From Dimargaris cristalligena (taxonomy: Eukaryota), in NCBI GenBank assembly GCA_003614675.1, contig ML002351.1, forward strand, positions 1-39,529: a stretch of DNA of 39,529 nucleotides. The letters are read 5' to 3'. Numbering within the stretch: position 1 is the first letter of the stretch; each line of letters opens with the position of its first letter. Below the pieces are notes generated by a model. That model ran no database searches, was not told the origin of the DNA, and saw nothing but the letters and a program-made list of their open reading frames with translations. Of the stretch, positions 12,761 through 26,777 are shown in pieces. A program made the translations under genes and the position numbers.

Positions 12761-14171
12761 GGGAGGTTGACGTTTATGCTGTGGATCTGAGGGTCTAAAG
12801 GGCTTCGACTGTGGTTATGCAATCGACAGAGTGTCACTTAAAAATTGGCGGATAGTCATTTCAACAAAAGGCATCCAACGATCGCCAGTGCCCTTATTTT
12901 CTTTATGGGCCGCCAGTGACAATGTCTTTTGGCGAGTATCGTCCGTTCAAGATGCTCCCTATAGTACTAGCTGGACTCGTCGTCGAACCGTCTTAATTGA
13001 GCGCCAATATAATTGCCGTTCTACTCGTATTTCTAACCTTTGCCGTATAGCAAGGGATAAAAATGAGCCGATAATATGCTTAGGTACTCCTTCGGCTCCT
13101 CTTGTTTATCGATGGTAAGTCTTTTGATGCCGAACCCCCCATGAGGAAACCTGAAGGGAGAATCCAAGACGTGGCATATCCGATACAATGTGTCGAACAG
13201 AGCACCGGCGATAGGGGAAAGGAGGGGGGCGGATAAAAGAGGGCGTAATAATGGCCGTCAAAGTCAACCAGGGGGAAGATGGGCGCAGCGGGAGCATGGC
13301 CTCAGCTAGTCGGCCAGCGTCATGGGAGGGGCGAGCTGACGGGCCTTTAATTGGGGTGGACCCTGGCCAAAAATAGGGTTCTCAGATTATCTTCCCTTTC
13401 CGTTCGCGGTCCGCGTTGTTTTTTTGCCTTTCATTTTTCCACTATCCTCTCCGTCGGTATGTCTCCCCCGGTTGTAGACCGTAGGTTAGGAGGTATCTCC
13501 AGACCAGCTAGTAGAGTGCCGTAGTCGCACTCCATTTCCGCGACCGCTGTTTTACCTTCGGCATGTTATCATTACTGCATGGCCATGAAATGTTCCACCA
13601 AATGGCTAGACCCGATAGCCGAGCGACCTGGACAATCCTAACCCAAAGGACCGACCATCCCCCAACTACCCTCCGCCCTGATCTCCATTTGGTGGGCCAA
13701 GAGAGTTGTATCCGCTTAGTAGTCACCCATTAGGCCTAAACCACAGTCTGGTAGGTTCGGATAATCCCTTACCCCCCTTTGCTGCCAACCGGAGAGCGGA
13801 CAAGAGGGAAAAGGGAGAGGGGGCTTGTTTTCAAGGCGTCGCCGTAAAATTCATTGTGCAATATTCTTTGGCTCGATTATGCAAATCTATTTCTATTAGG
13901 TGCTGTTGTTAGGACTACCAGCGGCACTACTGTATTACCCCAGTTTACTATGGCAGTATACCCTTTCTTCTATCGTTCCTACTTCAATTTTTCTATTGTA
14001 ATAAATAAAGGCTAGGTGTAGGAGAGGGATATACACACTCCCTGCCTGTATCATAATTCTATAGGTTAATCCGCCCGTTTGGTCCATAAAGATACGCTAT
14101 CACTGGTCACGCATGTCCCATATCCCTTCAAACTCCACCTCCCCGTCCCTCTTTCTCTTGGGCCGGGGTGT

Positions 14172-14180
14172 TATATATAA
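14172..14180 (+). promoter_or_regulatory. Candidate TATA box for the first RGS gene
   Basis: TATATATAA followed by a pyrimidine-rich leader about 620 nt before ATG 14797. A second TATATAAA lies near 14502. Confidence 0.35.
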
Positions 14181-14796
14181 TCCCAGTCATTGCACTGCTT
14201 AGCGCCACTCTTTCCATCTCCACTTGTATCTTTATAATTCCAGACTAGCGCGCCTCAGGGTTCTATTGCTTGTTTTTAAAAAGCATTTATATTTTGTATG
14301 TGAATTCCTTGCTTTCTGGTTTTGCCTCCCATGCACTAATCTGTGTCTTTTACTTCCCCTTGCCTCTTACGTTGAGTCTCTCTAGCTATATATATACATA
14401 TATATATATTCACATATCTCCGCTCTTTAATTATACCAATATCTTATTGCCACTAATATTTATCGTGCCTACTAAACTACTTTAACACGCCCATAGTACT
14501 ATATATAAATATACATTTATATATATGACATCCGCCCACTAACTTACTCACCATCAGCTTGTCCTTCCCCCTCTTCATAACCATATCCCCTCTCTAATTT
14601 ATTAACATATTCTCGCAGACATCTCTCTAATCCTGTCCCACCTCAATAGAGAAACATCCCTCCTCCATTTGATTCTTGTAATTATATTAATTTTTCACCC
14701 ACTTGCCTATTACTCCATCGGCTTCTAGTATCATTATTATATTTCCGTCTTAAGTATCCCCTTTTTATTTCATACTTCGCCTTAATATACCCAGTT

Positions 14797-16551
14797 ATGA
14801 CGGATAATAGTCTGGGTCAGCGCCTAAGGGAGCCCTTCCGCCGGCTAAAAAACGTATTGTTCAATTTCCGCCCCACCGCTCGGCCCACTCTTAAACAAAT
14901 TCTCTGGAACCAACTCTGCCCCCCTCTAGACCTGCGGGGATTCCGGTATTTCCTCACCTACCACGAACGCAGCTACGAAAACCTAAGTTTCTACGAATTT
15001 GTGGTGGCCTATTGGATTCTGTGGGCCCGGTTACCTTCAACCGAGCGCAAGCGGGCCCCGCCCGTGGTTGGCCGTTCCCTCCACCCCGACCTTCTACCCT
15101 GTTTCCCGCATTTGACGGCCGCCTACCCGTCGGATGCCTTGACCCTTAACCATGTCCTCATTGGCTCCGAGTCCCGGGACTTTACGCCCTTGACTTGCGA
15201 CAAGGATATCTGTCGCATTAACATGTTGCCGTGCTTTCCCAGTCCGATGGAAAGTTTTATCAAACTGGATACCGATGTGGCGGACCTTAAGCAGGCCCTC
15301 ATTTCCTATTGTCACGGCAAAGAACTGGAACCGTGGATGTCCCCGGACGCTTCGGCCCCGGAGAAGATAAACTTCGACTTTGACCCTACCGCACCCTCGT
15401 TCGCGGCCCGGTTGGATAAACCCCGGAGTTCCCAGCTGACCTTCTTCGGGCTTATGGCCCAGGGGGGATTGAGCGGGGGTGATCAACGCCGGCTCAGTTC
15501 CATTAGTGAGGTAGTGAAGAAGCTCGAGGCCCAGAAACGACCCCTCGCGGACGTGGTCGGGGCGGCCCTCGACCACTACATCATGGTGGGGGGTATCGAG
15601 GAAATTAACATTTCCCAACGGATCCGCCAAACCATTCTTGAAGAGGCCGCCACCACGTCGCACCCGTCCATTTGGGAACCGGCGTATCTGGAGGTCATGC
15701 GCATGCTGGAACGTACGGCGGAAGGCCAATTCACCAAATGGTCGGTCCAGAACATCAGTTCGGCCGAGGCCTTCCGCCGGAGTCGCACGTTCATCCCCCT
15801 TATTCTGATCACCATCGCCATGGTCGTCCTCATGATTTACTACGAGGTCTCCCGGTGGTACCGCCTATTTACCATCCCCCTCGTTTTGGTCATCACCATG
15901 TATTTGATTACCAATACCCGGGGGGTGTGCATCATTAAATACAACCAACGCACTCGTGACCGGCGGTTACAGGGTGGTCCCACGCAACGCTTCTTCGACT
16001 GGTTTACAGGACTAGGCCGAAAGGGCTCCTCCTCATCAACTACTTCCCCCGAGGCCCGGCGCAAGTCAGCGGCTACCCAGTCGTCCGCCCACCCTTCGGA
16101 ATTTGTCTTGGGCCAACAGGCGGATGAATTATACTATACACCCGATTTCCGCATTCCCTCCGTCCTGGACTACTTCATCCATAATTTCGAAAATGCCGCC
16201 CACCGGATGTCCGACACGTCTCTCATGTTGAGCCCGGCGAAGCACACCCTGAACTCCACTCTCACCCCGATGCCCGCCAGCCCCGCAGCTACCCCTTCAT
16301 TTACCGCCGTGGGCTCCGAGAGTCCCACTAGGGTGGACTCGTCGCACGGACCCTTGGCCACCACCACCACGACAACGATGACCAAATCCGGCCTCACGGG
16401 GCGGGACAGTGGCAGTAATGAATCCTCCCAATGGTTGCCCATGGACGAGCCCCTCGTGCGACAGGGCCAGCGGGAAATTCTGGCCCATGCCATTGCGGCT
16501 TCGGTGGTGGTGGTGTTTATGGTCGAGAGTATTGTGGTGGCTATATTCTAA
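14797..16551 (+). CDS. Rax1-like fungal RGS-domain protein with three predicted C-terminal transmembrane helices; single exon, 584 aa
   Basis: PTLKQIL..QLCPPLDLRGFRYFLTYHERSYENLSFY (N-terminal half of RGS), a long insert, then HYIMVGGIEEINISQRIR...SHPSIWEPAYLEVMRML (C-terminal half). Hydrophobic segments FIPLILITIAMVVLMIYY, SRWYRLFTIPLVLVITMYLI..RGVC and C-terminal ILAHAIAASVVVVFMVESIVVAIF match the Rax1-family layout. Confidence 0.85.
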   Translation: MTDNSLGQRLREPFRRLKNVLFNFRPTARPTLKQILWNQLCPPLDLRGFRYFLTYHERSYENLSFYEFVVAYWILWARLPSTERKRAPPVVGRSLHPDLLPCFPHLTAAYPSDALTLNHVLIGSESRDFTPLTCDKDICRINMLPCFPSPMESFIKLDTDVADLKQALISYCHGKELEPWMSPDASAPEKINFDFDPTAPSFAARLDKPRSSQLTFFGLMAQGGLSGGDQRRLSSISEVVKKLEAQKRPLADVVGAALDHYIMVGGIEEINISQRIRQTILEEAATTSHPSIWEPAYLEVMRMLERTAEGQFTKWSVQNISSAEAFRRSRTFIPLILITIAMVVLMIYYEVSRWYRLFTIPLVLVITMYLITNTRGVCIIKYNQRTRDRRLQGGPTQRFFDWFTGLGRKGSSSSTTSPEARRKSAATQSSAHPSEFVLGQQADELYYTPDFRIPSVLDYFIHNFENAAHRMSDTSLMLSPAKHTLNSTLTPMPASPAATPSFTAVGSESPTRVDSSHGPLATTTTTTMTKSGLTGRDSGSNESSQWLPMDEPLVRQGQREILAHAIAASVVVVFMVESIVVAIF

Positions 16552-19500
16552 GCACTCATTTTTCCCCCTGGCTATGAGAGTCTCTTCGTCTTTCTGTAAC
16601 ACCATTCTATTTCCAATCGATTATTTCATCCCCGCTGGGTTACGTCCTTGCTTTCATATTCACAGTTACTTCCACACATTCTCTCTCTCCCTCGCACGCA
16701 CACCCGCTCCCCTCTCTCTCTCTCTCTCTTTAACTTTCTTTAACTCTCTTTAACTCTCGCTGGTTCGACTTCCGATTACATTATTTTATTGTACTTTTCA
16801 CTCGAATTCTAAGGAGTTGTACCATTAGACCCAAACATGCACATAAACCCCCTTCCCATTGAACACAGTTCCTCTAAATCGGATAGTTAATGCACGATTC
16901 CCATATTAAACTACAAAAATGACAGTACTGCTCAACAAGCGAAGTGGTGTTGGAGAAAGTTTGGTATCAGGGAGGGGGGGGGTCATTACAGCAAAGGTCG
17001 TTTCATAATAAATACCGCTGTTTTCATTCTAAACGGTGTATTAGAATTGTTCAATCAGGAGTAGTAAACCCATGTTGTACATCCGCAGACTCATGAAACA
17101 TTTCCATTTAGGCGGTATACTCGATTAAAGGGGGTCTTTTTGGTAATACAAACGGCAGTAGCGGTAGCAATAGCATGGGCTACGCACTTGCAGCAAGGAT
17201 TTGGGCATTCGAGGAGGAGGGATACTCCAACCCCACCCCACCCCCCTCCTATTCATGATAATCGCCCACTGGTCGCTGTGACTCTCTTTGTAATACAGCT
17301 CTATTCGCGATTGACCTATATTGGCCAACCGAAAGTCGCCAATACATAGAACAATCCGTTAGGCTAACAGTATGGTGCTTGGCAAAGGAAAATATAGAGA
17401 CCACCTCATTAGGCAATGGGATGGTTGAAGAGTTGACTCGAATATAACCAACCTAATGCACATGCTACTTAAATAAATAGGGGTATTCCAAGTATCGCTA
17501 AAGAAGAGGGATGGGAGAGAAGGAGAGAGAGAGGGGGGGCTAGTCATAATGTAACCATATGATATTTAATTGTCCTTCTGTATGACTAGATTATCCTCTC
17601 CGACTTTCCGTAATGCTTCCGTATTATAAAGAAAGAGGTCTACGGCAACGGGAGATTCAACCCATGAGTCAATGTCATCATTCCAATAGTCAGCCTGAGC
17701 TACCTAATGAAGGTCGAATGAAGAGCAGGGGTAGGTCGCGTAATACTAGCAATACCACGCCAACTCCCTAGTGAACCTGCTACAAGTGCGCAGTCCTATG
17801 GGCCACACCCCCTGGACGTTTATTCATATCGTACTGTTAAAAGAGCGTGACGTATGCGCGGTTTTTATTAAGGAAAAAATATAAGTGGTATGGACTTGCA
17901 GAAGCGATGTGAACGCTTTTAAACTGAAGAACAAGAGTACGCACCCGATGCTTATTTATATGGACCGTAACAGGCATCCGGGAAAGCTAAGGAGGGTCAA
18001 TAATATATTCATCGGACCTTCTGGAACAGTGTTCTAGATGACGGAATTAGTGGTATCCTCAGAGGGTGTCAATTTACCAAAGGTCCCTATGCTAGACATA
18101 TGTCGCTGAAATGAATCCTCGGTCAAAGATGCTACGGCTGGGACATCAGGATTAGTGGAATCCATGGGGCCCAAAGGAGCCTCGCTACCTTGATGCCCGG
18201 GGTCTGGCCCTGTATTGGCTGCGGATGTAACAGTACAAACTCATTTACGCTTGCACCAGCAAGCAGTACGATCACTCAGCACTGCACTGTACTGCCAGTG
18301 CGACTAGACATCGATCATGTATCCATCAAGCGTAGGAATGGGCACTGTAGATGTGGCAAAGTAACCACCACCAGTTCATTAGCCAGCCATACAAGACCAG
18401 GGTGGAATTGGGGGAAAATCGGAGTGGAGGTTGGGAAGTTCGAGCATTAGGGATATGGACTTACTAGAACCCGAGTGTTACACAGTCACAAAGGTACGGA
18501 GTGAACGAATAAAAGGCAGAATTGCAGAGGGTATTCATTTAGTCCACTGAAGTAGGGATATAGAGGGAGGTGTGGAGAGATATGGCAAAGTAAAGTAAAC
18601 CAAATGAACATCATACTCTGGAAATACAGCTGAAATATTTCAATTGTAAATTAGTGGAAAACGCCGGGGAAAAAAATGCCCAAGCCACCCCAGTTTTCAA
18701 TTGTGAACGCGGAAGTCTGGAATGGGCTGTTTTACTTGTTTTATCTCTCTCTAACAGCCATCGTGAAGGCTTTCTCGGATGTGGATATTCCTTTTATTAG
18801 CCCCGGTCAAACATGAAGGGGACGCTAGGCTGATTACTCTTTTTGATCTATCTTGATGACAGAACCCTTCGGTTTCTGCCAGTCTATTTACCCTGCCACT
18901 AGGCATGGCTATACACGTTATTTGGAAAGGGAACGGGCCATTTTCCGAATAACTCCAACTGACGTCAATAACAATCACGGCTTGGTTCTCACGTAAAGGA
19001 AATAAAAATGCGAAGGCCGGGCTACCTTCCACCTTCCATTTCAAAAGGGGGAACTCTAAAGGGCATGTCCATGGAAATTGGAGGCTGTCCTGATATCCTC
19101 TCGGCACTCACACGCGACCAGGGTGCAATGCTGAATAACGAAGACTGGAAAATGTAGAAAAATATTCAAGATGTAATGATATCGTTTAATTAGCTGGTGC
19201 TCGCACTTGCCCAGTCGGCCGGTCTTCTCATTCAACTGTTTAACCGACCCGAGGAATCCAATGTTTATGCCTTCGCAATAGTCCCGATTAATCATTTAGG
19301 TTAATTATCAAATACCCATTCGTGAAGGAGTTGGTCAGAGATCAGTTCATCTTCTAGGTAAAGCCACCCTCGGAAGTGTTTGCCTAATATGTATGGATCA
19401 GACTGAGGTATTGCGGAGAGGGGAAGGTATTCATGTTTGAAAAGAAAACGTGCGACACAGTACTAGTGGGCACTTCGGCGTATCTAGGATATCATGAAGG

Positions 19501-22500
19501 CCGTCAACAATCAGCCCGTCAGGCTTAAGGATGCCAACGGATTTCCGGTTGGGGGTTCCGTGAGAATTGGTTCATGCTTGGCAGTAATGATTGTGAAGAT
19601 TAGGTGAATATATATGAAATTAAAACAATATAGTTAGTTACTCTGTTATAGTATCCCTGTCTAATATTAGATCATCCTTGCTCAACTGCCCCTTTGAACG
19701 ATGAAGGCTTTGCCATTGGGCTCGAAAAAATGGTGAGGCCTGTAGAAAAAGGATGGCCAGTTGGTATGGGCGAATTCAACTATGATTTAATGTCTATTTT
19801 TCATTTTTAAACCATGCATTTTAGAATGGGACTGCTGTGCGCCGCACATATTAGACGTTCTTTCATTTTCAACTCAAGCCGATCGGGTGGGGGGGTTTGG
19901 AAATAGACGTAACTGTTCTCTTTTACCCACGCTTGACGAGATTGCCAATGTCGAGGGGATAGGCCCAACTACCTCACACGCGATTTATAACGACATGGTC
20001 AGAAGGTGGCCTGTTTGGCTACCTCGGCTACTGAATACCACCCGCCAGTTTTCAGTGAGACTGGGCTTTGTTGTGTTGATGCCCGCCTGTGAATTGCAGT
20101 ATTTAGACACGGACGGAAGTTAATCAGTCACGGTCACACGACCCCCTCATGACCCAGGCGACACAGTCACCGGAACGGTGCTTTGTAATTAAGAAATAAG
20201 TTTCACCCAAAAAACCACCATCGCGCCTATGCTGCCGGAACAATCCACTCGCCTTGCTTCTTTCGTGGACTGGACAGTCAGGTGGTACTGCTGCTTACAC
20301 ACCGAAAATGTGGTCCAGTTGAGTCCCACTTGACTGGGGTAGGAGGGGGGGAAAGGCAGTGTGATGGCAAGTTATGAAAAACCAAATCACATTACCGGCG
20401 GAATATGGTGTTGGCCCGCACCCAGTTGAACAGCGGTAATCTACTTTGCTGGGCTGGTGTGTTTACCACGTAGAACTATTAATAGACATAGCCCTTACAT
20501 TTCATTAAAGTTATTGGATAGTTGGACTGGGCCTCTTTTTTAAAATGGTGATGGACCAACCGTGAGCAGACTAATTTCGTCGGGTGCATGCCGCCTTGGA
20601 TGCTATCTGATTCGCTTTTTAAATTGAGTTTGCGGCGTATCGTTTTAGAAGCCTATGCTGAACCATGTTAGCGATCCCTAACGTGGTTGGGAATCATCTG
20701 ACATCGCGACTGACTTCCTTACATTCCACTAAACCTACTGAAGAGTGAGCGGGAAAGTGGACACGAAGCACACTGACCAATAAAGGGCACTCGCAGTTTT
20801 CATAGTGTTCTTAAGTAGCCCAGTGGGGGGATATAGACTGTATTGGATGTATCCTTTTCTTGGATAAAAATAATAAAAATTCGTAGAACCACTGTACTAA
20901 GATTGGCCTATCTTGTGGTCCATCATTCCAGACACTCGGCAAACTGAAGTAACCTATAATATTGGCTGGTGCTCCTGGATGTGCTGATTGTGTTGAATAG
21001 CAAGAATGCTGTAATATATGGACTATCATTGATGTGTCGCAGAAACTGGCTAATGATCATTTTGTCCAACCAGGAGGCGCGTATTTCTTCCTGTAGGCCT
21101 CGTGGCCATGAAACACCAGTGGGTTTAAAATGTGACGCCACGGCTAGGATGTCCCCTAATTACCTAACAATGCCACTGTAGTCTTACCTTATTCTTTACT
21201 AGGGTTTAATGCCGACCGCGGTGGTAGCACATAAATAGAGAGGGTCCTCAATACTAACCATCACCGTATAGGCTAGTTAACGCATCTATATTAGGCATTA
21301 GCTACAGTAACTTCGCCAAAAAAATCTGTTCAATAAATAAGCCCAGGTAGTCGCCTCTCTTACCGTGGTCCACCCAAACATCTATTCCCAAATCGGCCTC
21401 ATTATGAATAAACTAGTCTATAATTGATCTAATAGGTATTCATTTTTATTCACCAAGCCAAAACAAAAACTGAACTGATTAAAATGAGCGTGGTAAAAGT
21501 GAATCGCCAAGTGTCTTCCCCATTCCAAAACAAAGGCAAATCGTCACATCCACAACACGGGGGGCAATCCCCCAACACCACGGGATCTTTCTAAACTGAA
21601 CCTAAATGAACAGCGGGAAGAGGGCGAGTGTAGGAGGTCCCCTTCACCCCACCCTTCCCCAATCAGGCCGCCGGAATTATCACCACCGTAATTCCACAGT
21701 GAGTGGGTGGGTAGGTCAGGTAATGGCCGCTAGGGATTGGAAACCCGGGCGTGTAAAAAATAATACTAGTCCATGAACGACTCAGTCACACCAATTAGGG
21801 TGAACCGCAGCTTCCTAAACAGAACGGTGGAAGGCATAATGCTAAGCCTCGACTGGTTCTGACTACCCCCCCCACCTGGCTTGGTAGACAAAGACGCCTA
21901 AGGTCAGCTTAATTGATGCTAGGCATTTTTCCCGCAAATGGGGGTATGAGGGGGTTGGGGAAGATCTCCTTTTACCCGCAGTCCTCGACCACCCACCTTC
22001 ACACCCAAGTGGCAGGGTTCGTCCCCATTAGGTTAAATGGCATCACACTGCCTTTTATGATCATAAAAATGAATGGGAAATACATTCACCAAACAACAGA
22101 GCTTGGCAGTTCCGTATAGCAAAAAGAAAAAGAGGATGAGTAACGGTGTGCACCAGCATTCGGCTTAAGCACCCAACCTAAACCAGGCCTACTGTCGCAG
22201 TGTGGGTGACTACCCCAATTAGTGCTTTCTAAAAAAGGTATAAGTATATTGCCGACCGTAGAGATACGGGTATGGATGAGTCAGTGTCAGTGTTGGACTG
22301 GGGAAGTCGCTAACTATGGGAGCCGTTTATAAAGGGTAGGCGCCAACGCCGAGTCACCCAGAGATACAGTCGCCGGGAAACGCTACTTCTTCCGTTTCCC
22401 AATGAGTCCTTGGCTACAGTATGTGTACTATTCCATTATTAGGAAAGGGCAAATAAATGTAGACGATAATAGGAATAAGGTGATTATTGTTTCATTAAAT

Positions 22501-25002
22501 AAAGTGGAGTGCGGAAAACTTGGATAATGAGAATCAGTACTTACAATTTACATTCCTTATCATCGACTATCCCGTCCCCGTTGGTCGGGTTCAGCAGCTA
22601 CCCCCCTACACTTATTTTGTTCCGTGGTAAGCGGGCTGGAGGTCGAAGAAGCGGCATTCCATTGTGCACCCCAGTCCAATTCCACTAACGTGGTTAATAT
22701 AGCTATACTAAGGTCAGAGGCGGGTGACCAAAACGTGCACCTATTGAAATACCCAGGCGTAGTGGTGGAACAACTCTCAATCGCCAGAGTCGCCCCATTT
22801 GCAGCACAATGAATTGATTGATAATGGCCGGGTTATGGTCTATCAAGATATAGGTGAAGTTCAGCTTGGTTGTATAAGGTTTTAACCGATATGTGTATGG
22901 GAAAATTGGTGGGATGTTTATTTTCAATCAGTAGTACTTTACCTGCCTTATCAAATGGATTTTTCGTTATACAGCCTTGTTGAACTACTCCCATATAGTA
23001 CTAATGACCTACTGTCAGTGTTATTCGAAAGGGATGGAAAAAGGATGCCAAAATTCGCCCCCCTGCAATGTTATCTGGTAATCCGAAAGGGGAAATATAC
23101 GATCTAGTAGGCATATTGAAAGTCGCTCAATATTAATGTCGAGTAGCCCCAGACTCTGGGCTGACCAGGCGTTAGAGATTGGGGCATTATTACGTTATCC
23201 TTCTCGAAAGTTTTTCGCCCGCCGGGGTCCTTATTCTATGCCGAATATGTCATGCTGGGTGGTGGTGGGGGGCGATTAATTTTTTCCGGCAGAAGCACAA
23301 GTTCAGAGACAAGTGATATCCGTTTTCACAACAGATGTGGTATTCCAGCCGCCCAGAAATTCCCATGATATATTGTAGGATAATAGTACATTCACCACGG
23401 CCCAACACAAGACCCGTGGTCACAAAAGTACTGGGACTGAGGTTTTCCTACCATTTCTGGGCCAGAAGGGCGCGGAGATAGCGAGCCATCCCTGATATAC
23501 TATTTTTAGTCCTTCCCCCCTCTACACAAACACATACCCACACCCACAATGCGAAGTGACTGTAGTTTCGCCAATACCCCACTGACTACGTTCTGGTACC
23601 GTCGGTCACTGTCCTTCAGTAGCCCGGTAATGTTAAGAATGAATAGGTCATGCTATTTGTACCACTCGTTTAGGATACCCTTCACACGGCCATTGTCAGC
23701 TTTATCGGGTAAGCGGCGGTATACTCAAAGTACACCAGCAAATAATACGAGGCTTTCTAGGATCCAATGACCTAATAAGTCTCCCGATCGATAGTTATCC
23801 ATCGCCTCTATAGCCAAGGCCAATTATGTCTCATGATTCCAGAATAGGGAGTACAACTAACCAACCAATGGCCCACATCGACTCATTCAATGAGCATTTC
23901 AAAGAGTAAATGAAGTGGTGGCTGTGGCTTGGCTCGGGATGAGCTCCGCACTGCTCCGGCCGATTCCCCCCTCCCGAAAAAAAAATATACGCCCTATATT
24001 CTGATAACCATCTTTATTACGCACCTTAGATGGTGTTTCAGGCACAGTAGGCTACGCATTCGGTTAGGAAAGAGAGAGGGATATAGGTACCCATTGGTAT
24101 TGAGTATAGCAAAGAAAATCAAACAATTGAGCGACAACTAGGGTGGCTTCAAGGAGCTACACCCACCCCTTATGATACTACGATTTCCCCCCACCAACCA
24201 TTGCCTGGCACAGTAGTAATTCCTTCTTTGTCTATCGGGTAGTCTCTAGTGTGGAGTCCATCCGTTGATCCGCCAACTCCAGGCTACAACCAAGCTCGGG
24301 TGTGCCAATTGGCGTGGGGCAAATGTGGTAAGCGGAGAAGGGCGGTGAAGTCACTCCGCAAATTAAAAAATACCCTCTGTTCGAGGTGTAATGTTTGGCG
24401 AGCCAACCGCGGACGCTTTTTGAGTGCTGTTTCAATTGCGACACAGTGATCCACTTTTAATTTAATGATCTAATTTAGCCGTCTCTCACCTTTCCCACCC
24501 CATGCTAAAGTAGGATCACGGCGTTGGTACAGGGCCTCCACTTGAATGCCAAGGATTAATTTCATAAAATATAGATAACTACAAAACTTACCCCAATGCC
24601 CGAAAGGCCCGATTGTATAAGCTGACCAATATACTTCTTGGCGGCGCCGCGGCATTAGGGTGACGAATCCATGTGTTCGTCACGGTCTGCGTAACCAATC
24701 CACCAACAGCCACAGTCTGTTCTTGTAGTTTAGGCACCTCTCACAATTACGCTTGCCAATGGTAGGTGGCTGATTATAGGCACCTGAGGCGGTCAACTAT
24801 GCACATCACTCATGTTATCGGGGAGTAAAAGTGGTTTGGCCAACACCAGACGTCTGGGGGTATATGGAAGTCAGTAACTGGAAGTAATTGGGGAACGAGT
24901 TAGGTGATTCTCCCCAAATCGTATGAGCAAGGCTGTGGAATGTGGAGGCAAGGAGAGAGACCCACCCATTGCTATTTTTATGTATGTTGGTCGATAATTT
25001 GG

Positions 25003-25021
25003 GAGAGAGAGAGAGAGAGAG
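25003..25021. repeat. (GA)n microsatellite
   Basis: GAGAGAGAGAGAGAGAGAG visible directly. Confidence 0.8.
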
Positions 25022-26769
25022 CTATAGGAGTGGACGAGGGGGGGCAGCAAGGAAAGATGCGCCTCGGCAACTATGGCTCTGGTTGGCCAGGTAATTACTG
25101 CGTCGACGTCGTGTGGCCCTGAGTGCTGGTTGGATCATCCCCGCCGAAGCCTTCCTTTCGGAGAAAGGATGGGAGGTTGAGTCATCTTTCCTTTTTCTCC
25201 CTGTCCCTTTCCCCCTTTCCTTACGGCTCATTTCCCCTTTTCCCATCTCGGCACCTCTTTTCCCAGTACACTGGCCACACTCGTGATCGATCGCATGAAC
25301 CCTGGGAGGAGGCAACGTGGGGGTAAATTTGGGTGGAGAAGGGGCGAGGGGGGCAGGTTGACGAAAGAGGAATACGTCGCCTGCGGTCAGCCAAGCAGGA
25401 GGGTTGGGTGATGGAGGATGTCACACTGTAACGTGGAATGCATGAATGGGTCGGTACTGGGCAAACGGTCTGAATTTAGGTTTATTGCACTTTAGTTACC
25501 ATTCAGGGCCGGTACGTAGGTTCCTCCGAGCAAAGTCGTGCAAGTTAGCTACAGTATGATTAATCAAGCGGCACAATATCGTATACCTCCTGCATCTACA
25601 GCCCCCCTTCCCGCTATTCCTTAACTATAGCTATGGCAAGTGATTTAATTCGCATGGTCCTGCGCCACGGTCACCTCCTGGCCTTCTCGATAAGGTATGG
25701 TCCTCCGATAAAAATTGTTGATTTACCACCTACTTAGCTGAAACATGAAAAAAAACCCCCGGTACAATAACAGTTCCATTGGCCCTCGGCCTTGCTAGGT
25801 CGCAAGGCCAGGGGCAACCCCCAGATCTGATTGACAGATACCACCTGTTGTTGGGAGTAACGAGAATTACATACCGGTATTGGCTGACAGCCTCTTCACT
25901 GTCCAGCTGCAATGCTGGGTGGAGAGCATCAATCATGAACCATTCGGTGTGTAATAGTTTAACAATGGGTCACTCGTTTAGCCCTATTATGAGCGGATAA
26001 ATAGATTGCCAATCCGTCGTTCATTCAATTAATGGCTGAGCCAATGCTAGGCATCGCATTTGAATATCCCTACAGGCCGGGATAAACATGTGGCCACAGG
26101 CACCATGAAGGTGGTGGCAAGGGATTTGCTTATTCACCCCTTCATCATCGTTCACCTGGCATCGGAGGGAGTAACGTTGGGGGGTCCAATCCATTTGAAG
26201 GTATCGGTAATAATCATAAAAAAGTGACCTTCCTTTGGACCATACACCAGAGGTCGTCTTATTCCGTCTATATAATAAGCGTATAGCGAACGTGATGCGG
26301 CGCGGAGCGATTGGCAAATGGGAGCGGATGTGCGCCCCAAGCACCAGTGAGATGAAAGAGCGTAAGTCGACCTGGACCTACACTATACTCTAGCCCGTCG
26401 GACAATAGGGGCACCAGGCTATTCTCAAATGAGACAGGGACGGAGAGTGGCGAACGAGAGAAAGAGGGTTAGGAAAGCGAAGAAGGCGGAGAGTGAAGGA
26501 GGAGCGGCCAATAAAGAAAGAATCCGCAACAATGGCTGGGTACAGTATGTAATCGACTGGTGCATAGTGGGGGCCCTCCAACCACAGTCGGAATATCCTG
26601 TTGATCATTCTGTCAGTCCGTTTATGTTCGTACCACTTTGCATGATACCTATTCCCTCCCAGCTCCGCTTCCTTTCTCCCTCTCCCTCCCTAACTCTCCC
26701 GTGGGCCACATTCGGGTTTTCTGGTGGGCCTTCGTAACCCTGCCTACCTCCATGTAGGCCCTGGGCCCT

Positions 26770-26777
26770 TATAAAAG
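26770..26777 (+). promoter_or_regulatory. Candidate TATA box for the second RGS gene
   Basis: TATAAAAG followed by a CT-rich, ATG-free leader of about 340 nt before ATG 27115. Confidence 0.5.

Noticed and set aside
12478..12837. ORF with LLLRFTAPPP repeats
   Set aside because: A translation by-product of the 30-bp tandem repeat, with a non-ATG start and no other coding signal.
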